Positions 27,310 to 34,643 of a DNA stretch of 34,643 nucleotides are shown here, piece by piece (position 1 is the first letter of the stretch; each line of letters opens with the position of its first letter). The position numbers and the translations under genes were made by a program. The notes below the pieces were generated by a model. It worked only from the letters and a program-made list of their open reading frames with translations. It made no database searches and was not told where the DNA came from. Source of the DNA: an uncultured Candidatus Sumerlaeota bacterium (GTDB lineage: Bacteria; CAYMEV01); contig CAYMEV010000030.1 of the NCBI GenBank assembly GCA_964389675.1, forward strand, positions 1 through 34,643, written 5' to 3'.

Positions 27310-30300
27310 TCAGCTTTGTTTCATCTCTTCAATATATTTTTTATAATAGCAGCTGTCTTCCTTTTTCAGCATTTTTTTAAAAATAGCTGTCGCTGCCGTG
27401 CTATATCTGTTATCTTTTGTGATTTTCCATAATTCATAGTTTATCATAGATTTCTGTACATTATCCAGCCCTGGCTTTTCAAGCATTGCTTCAAGCGCTT
27501 TCATATTATTCTCCATCTTGTACTTAAGGATATTAGAATTTATCACCATGTCAGACCTGTTAATTTCTTCTGCCGTCCTTAAAGCTTCTTCATTTAAGGC
27601 CTCTGCTTCCTGAATCCTGCCAAGGACGTAAAGAAGTTCAGCCTTTTGATACAGGCAATTGCAAAGCTGGTATTTGAGTTTCACCTCCCTGGCCATTTGA
27701 AGAGCCAGGTCATAATGCTTCATTGCTTCACCCAGCCTGCCTTGATTGTGATATAGAACACCCAGATTGCTTACAGCAGTGCATATTTTTCTTTTATCAC
27801 CCATTTCCTGGCTTATTTCCAGGTATTTGCGGTAGCATTTATCAGCTTCTATATATCTGCCCTGGTTTTCATATATATTCCCTATATTCCCTGTAGCCAT
27901 GCCATAGCCGCTCTTATCCCCTGTCTCCCTGCATATTTTCTGCTGGTTTCTGTAATACTCGAGTGATTTAGCCTGATTGCCAAGGGCTTTATATACAAGC
28001 CCCAGGTAGCAGTAGCCATTGCTTATAGCTTTTTTGTTTCCCATCTCTATGCTGATTTCAAGGTATTTTTTATAGTTTCTCATCGCCTTCTTAAAACTGG
28101 ACTGCTCAGCATATATATGCCCCATATTTCCAACTGCTGCGCACAGGCCCCTTTTGTCCCCAAGCTCCTGGCATATGGCCAGCTGTCTTTTATAGCACTC
28201 CATGGCACTTTTCTGGTCGCCTGTCTTCCAGTAAAGTACTCCCATATTATTAAGGGTTTTCCCCATACCGTATTTATCCTTAAGCTTTTCCTTCAGTGCC
28301 AATGACCTGCTGTAATACTCAAGTGCCTGATCTATATTTCCCTTAACTGAACAGACACTTCCCATATTCCCCATTGCTCTGCTTACACCGTTTAGGTCAT
28401 CTGCCTTTTCACAGACAGACAAGAGTCTTCTGTAATAGCTTTCAGCTTTTTCATAATCCCCGAGTTCATAATGTATATTTCCCATATCATTAGTGGCTGC
28501 GCAGAATGCTTTCTTATCATCAGCAGCCTCAGCAATCCTAAGGGAATCCTCAAATATTGCTTTAGCCTCACGGAGTCTCCCCTTCATCCTGAAGACATTA
28601 CCCAGGTTGTTCATGCACTCTGCTATTAATGACCTGTCTTTATTAATCCTCGATATCTCCAGAGCCTTTTCAAAAGCCTTTTCTGCATCATCCAGCCTTC
28701 CCGTTAGCTGCATTATATTTCCTTTTTTTATCAGGTACCCTGCAATTTCCTTCCGGTCATGGCCAACCTCGAGGTACCTCATCAGCCGTTCATAAAAGAT
28801 CAGGGCCTTTTCATTTTTATAGCTTTCTTTTGCTTTGTCTCCTGATTTTGCAAGGTACTCAACTGCCTTTATCGTGTTCCCTGCTTTGTCATAATGATCG
28901 GCCAGCTCCTCATAGTGCTCATCCAGGCTTTCGGCATATAATTCTTCTATAATGTCCCCCGCCAGGCCATGCAGTCTCCGCACCCTCTCTTTAAGCTGTA
29001 TTTCATAAACTGCATCCCTGATCAGGGCATGCCGAAATATATAGTACAGTTCTGAGATATCCTGCCATATCTTTTCCCTGCACCCAATATCAAGATATTT
29101 GGCAAATTCCTTATCAGTCTGAGTAATATCAGCTGCAGAAAGCAGCCTTTTCAGGACATTAAGGGCAAAGTCCCTGCCCAGGATTGAGGCAGTCTTGATT
29201 GTGTTTTTCATCCTTGAGGATAATCTGTCAATACGTGATATTATCACCTGGCTGATCTCTTTTGGAATATCGCTGACTTCATTGCATAGATTAAAATCAT
29301 CATCTAAAATATTATTCTCTTTAAGATAAAGCATAAGCTGTTCTGCAAAGAATGGATTCCCGCCGCTCTTTTCCCATATGTAATTCTCAGTGTCCTGAGG
29401 TATCCGGAAACTTTCCAGCTTTTCATGCAGGAGTGCCTTCATATTCTTTTTTTGCAAAGGAAGCAACTCAAGCCTTTTTACCCTCATGTCCGCTTCTTTT
29501 GTCCTGAAAAGCGTGAATTTACTGCCATCATCCATAAGACGGCATGGGATAATTATAATAAACGGAAATTCATTAACATTCCTGGTCAGTACTTTCAGGA
29601 GTTCGACAGAATCATTATCTATCCAGTGCCCGTCATCGATTATTATTATAAGAGGCTTCTGCAGGCTTTGTGCTATAATGAAATTCTTGACGGCAAAGAC
29701 TGTATTATCATACCTGCCTTTGGGGTCAAGCTGTGAATATAGCGAATCTCTCCATTCCAGGCCTATTAAAGCACCAATAATAGATTGAGTGCGGATAAGC
29801 TCTTTTCTTAGCTCTTCATCATCTGTCTTTTCTAAAAGCTCATTGTATCTTTTCAGGAAATCCAGTTTCCGGGTTTCAATAACTGAAGATTCATCCAGCT
29901 GAAAATAATTCTTAAAAAAGCTCACAAAGGGGTTGAATGATCTTTTCAGGATCTCATCGCAAACCGTATAGAAAATTGTGCAGTCCTTAAGCAGCCTGCC
30001 AAAATTATGGATAAACCTGGTCTTCCCAATACCCGCAGGGCCGTCAATATATATGATCCCGCCAAAGCAATTTTGAAATACAGGTGCAGCAAACCGCATC
30101 AGCCTCCCTGTTTCTTCATCCCTGCCTATAAAACTGCCAGAGAATGAAATCAGCTGTTTTCTTGGTTTTTTGGATATAAGGTAATTTGGCCTTACGCTTT
30201 TGCTGAAACCTTTAAGCCTTACTGCACTTTTTTCTTGAAATGTATAATATTGGTACAGGCTTTTAGCCATTTCCTGGTCTGTCAGAATATCCATCCATTC

Positions 30301-31347
30301 TGCTTTCATCATCAGCCTTGCAGCCAGGTTCACAATATCACCAAATGCCGTATATTCTCTTCTAATACTTGATCCGACAAAACCTGCAAAGGCTGTTCCG
30401 CATGTAATACCTGCCCGGAATCTGAAATCCGGAATATCCCTGAGCCTCAGCATAAAATCAGCAGCCCTCTGGTAAAGCTTTTCCCTGCTTATCGGAGCTC
30501 CGAAAAGGACCAGGACAACACCCCCCTTATCCCCGAAATCTACCCGGTTAAAATAGCCATCATAAAGATGGCAGTTTTCAACAACCTTTTTTAAGGCATT
30601 TTTATAACTGGACTCCTCTGAAAAGCTTATAAAGCAGGCCACAATTTCCCGAAATTCCCCCTTTTCCTGAAGATCCACAACAGCCTGTGGCACAAACAGC
30701 CTTTCGATCACTTTGGATGGTGGCTCATATACTTTTGCCCTTTTTGCTTTTAGGTCCATTTCCTGTTTGCTTAACAGGAAATATTCATTTTTAATGGGTA
30801 TTCTACTGATATTGACAGAAAGATTATCCAGAAAGCATTTATCAGATATGATCTGCATTTTATCAGCGTGATGCTCAGCTTTTGCAGAATTATCAATCCC
30901 CTCTCCCTTAAAAAAATAAGCCTTTTGAACATCCGCATCTATTATATGGAATTCAATGCCCCCGAAGGATAAACCTGTCTTCACAGCGAGCTGAAAATCC
31001 CCGAATTTTGTACAAATACAGCCATGTTCAGCAAATATTTCATGTATTCTATACGCTGCTTTCAGGGCATATTCAGCCTTTTTTATTTTGAATATGGAAG
31101 TAAAGGCATCTCCTGCAAATGATGATACGAAACCTCCGTTAACATATATTGCTTCAATGGAGGGTGAGAAGATATCGTTAATGATGTTTGAAAGGATTTC
31201 AACTCCTTCTTTGCCGTGACTCATTAAATCCTGAGTCATGGCAGTAAAACCTGATATATCAGTAAAAATAGTATATGCCTTAAATCTGCCGGAATGCTTT
31301 TTTTCCTTAAATCTTCTCAATATAAAATCAGGTACAAAGCTGGCCAT
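27310..31347 (-). CDS. Tandem class III nucleotide cyclase - STAND-type ATPase - TPR protein (soluble adenylyl cyclase-like architecture)
   Basis: Cyclase 1: FTDISGFT and FAGDA. Cyclase 2: GDKGG and RREYTAFGDIVNLAARLM. ATPase: FIGRDEE, Walker A GPAGIGKT, Walker B IIIIDDGHWID, SGGNPFF, RIDRL and FRHALIRDAVY. Long C-terminal array of ~40-aa TPR-like repeats. Confidence 0.9.
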   Translation of the reverse strand: MASFVPDFILRRFKEKKHSGRFKAYTIFTDISGFTAMTQDLMSHGKEGVEILSNIINDIFSPSIEAIYVNGGFVSSFAGDAFTSIFKIKKAEYALKAAYRIHEIFAEHGCICTKFGDFQLAVKTGLSFGGIEFHIIDADVQKAYFFKGEGIDNSAKAEHHADKMQIISDKCFLDNLSVNISRIPIKNEYFLLSKQEMDLKAKRAKVYEPPSKVIERLFVPQAVVDLQEKGEFREIVACFISFSEESSYKNALKKVVENCHLYDGYFNRVDFGDKGGVVLVLFGAPISREKLYQRAADFMLRLRDIPDFRFRAGITCGTAFAGFVGSSIRREYTAFGDIVNLAARLMMKAEWMDILTDQEMAKSLYQYYTFQEKSAVRLKGFSKSVRPNYLISKKPRKQLISFSGSFIGRDEETGRLMRFAAPVFQNCFGGIIYIDGPAGIGKTRFIHNFGRLLKDCTIFYTVCDEILKRSFNPFVSFFKNYFQLDESSVIETRKLDFLKRYNELLEKTDDEELRKELIRTQSIIGALIGLEWRDSLYSQLDPKGRYDNTVFAVKNFIIAQSLQKPLIIIIDDGHWIDNDSVELLKVLTRNVNEFPFIIIIPCRLMDDGSKFTLFRTKEADMRVKRLELLPLQKKNMKALLHEKLESFRIPQDTENYIWEKSGGNPFFAEQLMLYLKENNILDDDFNLCNEVSDIPKEISQVIISRIDRLSSRMKNTIKTASILGRDFALNVLKRLLSAADITQTDKEFAKYLDIGCREKIWQDISELYYIFRHALIRDAVYEIQLKERVRRLHGLAGDIIEELYAESLDEHYEELADHYDKAGNTIKAVEYLAKSGDKAKESYKNEKALIFYERLMRYLEVGHDRKEIAGYLIKKGNIMQLTGRLDDAEKAFEKALEISRINKDRSLIAECMNNLGNVFRMKGRLREAKAIFEDSLRIAEAADDKKAFCAATNDMGNIHYELGDYEKAESYYRRLLSVCEKADDLNGVSRAMGNMGSVCSVKGNIDQALEYYSRSLALKEKLKDKYGMGKTLNNMGVLYWKTGDQKSAMECYKRQLAICQELGDKRGLCAAVGNMGHIYAEQSSFKKAMRNYKKYLEISIEMGNKKAISNGYCYLGLVYKALGNQAKSLEYYRNQQKICRETGDKSGYGMATGNIGNIYENQGRYIEADKCYRKYLEISQEMGDKRKICTAVSNLGVLYHNQGRLGEAMKHYDLALQMAREVKLKYQLCNCLYQKAELLYVLGRIQEAEALNEEALRTAEEINRSDMVINSNILKYKMENNMKALEAMLEKPGLDNVQKSMINYELWKITKDNRYSTAATAIFKKMLKKEDSCYYKKYIEEMKQS

Positions 31348-31446
31348 ATAGAATCACACTCCCGGTTTAAATAAATCAGCTCTTCTCAATAGTATAATTA
31401 TTCATCTAATAATTGAAGAAAATTTATCATATCATCAGAGTTTATT

Positions 31447-31474
31447 TAAGATATCAGTAATGTATGATATCTTA
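31447..31474. promoter_or_regulatory. Perfect 10-8-10 inverted repeat (candidate protein-binding site)
   Basis: TAAGATATCA-gtaatgta-TGATATCTTA, about 100 bp upstream of the cyclase start codon. Confidence 0.45.
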
Positions 31475-31728
31475 TGAGACCATTTATACCTGCTTTGCAT
31501 GCCAGAACAATAAATATCTTACAGGATTGAACCGATAGCAGATAAAGATCCAAAGATTTTGAGAGGCAGTAATAACAAACATGATCAGCGCGATATTATA
31601 TAAGGCATTTATTTTGCCATTGCCTGGGTGCTTATTATCCTGGATATCAATAGAAACCTTTCCCGGGCAGAGGCTTATGTTAAATCTATGAGAGATCCTG
31701 CCCTGCCCGAAAAAGCATCTATTTTAGT

Positions 31729-33429
31729 CTATTTTTCCCTTGGATAGGGCCATGCCATGACCCCGCCCTCCATTACCTTTACATTCTTCCAGCCATGACC
31801 GTTTAGAGCCCTTGCTGCTTCATATCCCCTTAATGATATTTTGCAGAAAGCTATTATCTCTGCATTCTTATCTTCCGGCAGCTCATTCAGCCTTTTTCTG
31901 AGTGCACCGAGGGGAATAAGGTGCTCGCCTATGCCCAGCCTCATCTGTTCAAACTCATCAGGGCCACGTACATCCAGAATGAAGATATTTTCACCTGAAT
32001 CAACCTTTTGCTTTACCTCCCTGCAGGAGATGCCATTCATGAATCCCCGCATTTTGTTCTGCATAATATGTGCTGTTGCTATGCTGTGATCAACAGCAAG
32101 TGAGAAAGGAGGCGCATATGGCAGGTCTGCGTTAACCATGTCATCAACCATAAGCCCGCCTTTAATTGCCATAGCCCATATAGCGATCTGCTTGCTTACA
32201 TCCCCAGGCCCAACACATTGTGCCCCGAGGATCTTCCCTGTCTTGCTGTCCGCAATAAGCTTGGTTATGAGAAGCTTGGCTTTCATAAATCCAGGCTTAT
32301 CCGGGCTTGCATTTATTACAGTTTCAATATCATTATATCCTTCAGCCCTGGCAGCCTTTTCTGAAAGCCCTGTAGACCCTGCTGTAAAATCAAATACCTT
32401 GCAGATACCTGTCTGTATCGTCCCTGGAAAAACAGCAGTATTTCCCACGCAGGCATTCTCTCCTGCTACCCTTCCCTGCAGGTTTGCAAGGTCTCCATAC
32501 GGCGCATGTATTTTATTGCCGGTAATAAGATTATGTGCTTCAATGCAGTCTCCTGCAGCATATATATCCGGGTCAGACGTCTGCATGTAATTGTTTACCA
32601 CGATACCCCCGGTTTTTCCTGTTTCCAGGCCTGCTTCCCTTGCAATACCTGAATTAGGGCTTACTCCCACTGCAACTACTGCAAGTTCACATGTAAGTTC
32701 TGTTCCGTTCTGGAGTTTGACTCCGGTTAAAACACCATCCTGTCCAAGGAATTCGGTTATGCCGTTGCCGGTGATCACATTTGCCTTTTTTGTACGCACA
32801 TGATTTTCAACAAGCTTTGCAAGTTCCCAGTCGAGAAAAGTAAGGAGCTGAGGCAGCATTTCAATTACAGTAATTTCAATGCCGGCCAGCTGAAGGGCTT
32901 CGCATGTTTCTATTCCTATAAGCCCTCCGCCGATTATTACAGCCTTCTTGATCTTTTTATCTGTCCCGACCTTTTTTAGAAAATCAGCATCTGCCATGGA
33001 TTGAAGAGTAGTTATGCCTTTGAGGTCTCTCCCCGGGATCGGGGGAAACTTTGGAACTGCTCCAGTAGCTATAATAAGCTTGTCATAGAGCATTTTCTGC
33101 TCTTTGCCCGATTTCAGATCCACGGCTGTAACGGTTTTTTCTTTACGGTTAATAGCCTTAACCTCATACTCCGTCTGTGCATTAATGTTTTTTGCGTTCA
33201 GGTAGAATTTTGGGTCCCTGACAACTCCTGTAGGAGTGCAGAGCAACATATTCCTGTTATCAAAGAAACCTCCAACATAGTATGGATATCCACATGAAGC
33301 CATAGAGAGGTCAGGGGCTTTCTGCAGGATGGTAATATCTGCGTTCTCATCCATCCTCCTTGCCCTGGCTGCGGCTTTCGGCCCGGCAGCAGAACCTCCA
33401 ATTACAATAATCTTTTTTATCTTTTCCAT
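31729..33429 (-). CDS. CoA-disulfide reductase - rhodanese fusion (CoADR-RHD / Npsr-like persulfide reductase)
   Basis: FAD motif IGGSAAG, redox Cys SMASCGYPY, NAD(P)H motif GGGLIG, TSDPDIYAAGDC, YAPPFS, and C-terminal rhodanese LDVR...FCKISLRG...MEGGVMAW. Start ATG 33429 with SD AAGGAG. Confidence 0.9.
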   Translation of the reverse strand: MEKIKKIIVIGGSAAGPKAAARARRMDENADITILQKAPDLSMASCGYPYYVGGFFDNRNMLLCTPTGVVRDPKFYLNAKNINAQTEYEVKAINRKEKTVTAVDLKSGKEQKMLYDKLIIATGAVPKFPPIPGRDLKGITTLQSMADADFLKKVGTDKKIKKAVIIGGGLIGIETCEALQLAGIEITVIEMLPQLLTFLDWELAKLVENHVRTKKANVITGNGITEFLGQDGVLTGVKLQNGTELTCELAVVAVGVSPNSGIAREAGLETGKTGGIVVNNYMQTSDPDIYAAGDCIEAHNLITGNKIHAPYGDLANLQGRVAGENACVGNTAVFPGTIQTGICKVFDFTAGSTGLSEKAARAEGYNDIETVINASPDKPGFMKAKLLITKLIADSKTGKILGAQCVGPGDVSKQIAIWAMAIKGGLMVDDMVNADLPYAPPFSLAVDHSIATAHIMQNKMRGFMNGISCREVKQKVDSGENIFILDVRGPDEFEQMRLGIGEHLIPLGALRKRLNELPEDKNAEIIAFCKISLRGYEAARALNGHGWKNVKVMEGGVMAWPYPREK

Positions 33430-33462
33430 AGAATCTCCTTTCAAAAAATAGTTTGATACTTA

Positions 33463-33491
33463 AGAATAAAATTATGCCATTAAACTGTCAA
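33463..33491 (-). promoter_or_regulatory. Putative sigma70-type promoter of the CoADR-rhodanese gene
   Basis: TTGACA (33491-33486), 17-nt spacer, TATTCT (33468-33463), about 33 nt upstream of the ATG. Confidence 0.65.
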
Positions 33492-33719
33492 GGCTAAAAA
33501 CTGCATTTTTGAAAAAAACTCTATTCACTTTGCAAAAGCACTGTTTTTCTTGATTATCGTCCAGGGGATGAGAATGCCTCCTTGTAAATACTTTCTTCTT
33601 TTATGGATGCAAGCCCCCCGGCCCTGATAATCTCTTTTGATATTCCCTTCTGATCTGCAGGCTGTAAATAATGCTTAATTAACAGGTCTTTTTAATTATA
33701 TTACAGGAGATCTAATACC

Positions 33720-34592
33720 CTATTTTACGGCTGTTATCATCAGATCTCTTTCAATGGGGGCATCAAGGCTGACAGTTACAGCTACAACGGGCATCAGGAG
33801 CCTGTCTATCTCATTCATGGTGACAGGCCTTTTTTTCAGCATCTTAAACAGCTTCAACGCAGCTTCCTGGCCTGTATGGGTCATCCTTACCTTACTGAAG
33901 CCTGCCTCCCTCATCCATTTCATAAATGTTCTGCCTGAGGGATGGATGGTTCTCAGCTTCTGTACTTTAATTATATGGTTTTTAAGAAGATCCAGTTCAC
34001 TTATTCCAAAAGTGGCCCATGTAAGGCTGCCGAGCCTTTTTTTCGGCAGGTTGACTGTTATACCGTAATGTTCAGCATATTCCTTTTTAATGTTCCTTCT
34101 GTATAATACTATTTTTGATGCTTCGGACATGTCCATTATAAATATTTCATCAGGATTTTCCCTGTAAGCAGATAATGCTTCATAGTTTATCCTTAATGCA
34201 CAGCCCTTTCTAAGCACACGGTAAAGTTCATTTACAGTCTTTTTAGGATTTAGGGACTGCTCGACGGAAGAAGCAGCTGTAATGCCGTCAAAGGATCCGT
34301 CTTCAAACGGCAGGTCTTCACAGGGGTCATAATGCAGAAATGAAGTATTCTTAATGCCCATCCTGTCTGCATTATTTATGCAGGCATCCACTCTCTTTTT
34401 TGATGCATCAATTCCTGTAACACACCTGAAGAAGCAGGCCATGAGCAATGACGGCCATCCATCACCGGGCCCGAAATCCAGTATATTCCCCTTCTCATTA
34501 TTAAGAGAGCATACATAATCAAGTACGCTTCCCCTGTCGGCCCAGTGGCTTATATCTGACGGGTCGAATTCCCTGTATATTACAGGCAGTGA
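33720..34592 (-). pseudogene. Class I SAM-dependent methyltransferase, 5'-truncated
   Basis: The frame continues 48 codons upstream of the called TTG (34448) and reads SLPVIYREFDPSDISHWADRGSVLDYVCSLNNEKGNILDFGPGDGWPS. It contains SAM motif I but no ATG/GTG/TTG start, and is closed by an in-frame TGA at 34593-34595. Downstream motifs: VTGIDAS, LPFEDGSFDGI and ELYRVLRKG. Confidence 0.72.
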
Positions 34593-34643
34593 TCAGCGAC
34601 AACTATTAATGAACACTGGCGAAATTTAAAAATACCCACCGAC
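34590..34643. mobile_element. Possible IS21-family-like terminal sequence at the window edge
   Basis: TGATCAGCGACAACTATTAATGAACACTGGCGAAATTTAAAAATACCCACC starts where methyltransferase-like coding ends. It contains two imperfect 22-nt repeats at a 23-bp period (34596 and 34619; 13/22 identical), as in IS21-type multi-repeat ends. No transposase is in the window. Confidence 0.4.

Noticed and set aside
31581-31691. 36-codon plus-strand ORF MISAILYKAFILPLPG...
   Set aside because: Poorly spaced SD and no recognisable motif. The 9-mer TGATCAGCG it shares with the 34590 junction is too short to be meaningful.
31664-31709. CGGGCAG...CTGCCCG inverted repeat after the CoADR stop
   Set aside because: The loop is about 30 nt and the stem is short or bulged. 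It could be a terminator but is too weak to call.
235-34068. The many 60-150 aa ORFs antisense to or nested within the long genes (e.g. 9452-9847, 10857-11294, 21913-22290, 26665-27075, 32138-32590)
   Set aside because: They are shadow ORFs of well-supported genes, with biased antisense-type composition and no recognisable motifs.
34593-34595. In-frame TGA as selenocysteine or recoded stop in the methyltransferase
   Set aside because: Read-through meets TAA at 34626-34628 after ten unremarkable codons. TGA is a normal stop elsewhere in the window (7741, 9795, 10190).

Overview
A bacterial chromosomal window in the standard genetic code, with AT-rich intergenic spacers; the host lineage cannot be assigned from sequence alone. 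About half of it encodes five large signal-peptide-bearing modular surface proteins: a gingipain-like C25 cysteine protease, a metzincin (M12/reprolysin-like) metalloprotease, an SBBP-propeller/CARDB protein and two paralogous WDG-repeat propeller proteins. The most notable observation is that three of them, with unrelated N-terminal passengers, end in the same ~355-aa FG-GAP-like domain with a conserved terminus (G[DN][TS]NAM...). The other two end in different terminal modules: an LPVE-type domain with no T9SS CTD, and DUF5648-like repeats. This suggests a mix-and-match surface-display or sorting system, possibly matured by the co-located C25 protease (inference). The rest is a translationally coupled three-gene two-component cluster, a YdbC/PC4 ssDNA-binding protein, an arsR-arsP-arsC-thioredoxin operon, a secreted C59 Ntn-hydrolase, a FlaR-like P-loop protein, a soluble-adenylyl-cyclase-like cyclase-STAND-TPR protein and a CoA-disulfide reductase-rhodanese fusion. 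At the right edge a methyltransferase is 5'-truncated by what resembles an IS21-family end. I saw no tRNA, rRNA, CRISPR array or reverse transcriptase. All family assignments come from motif recognition by eye, not from database searches.
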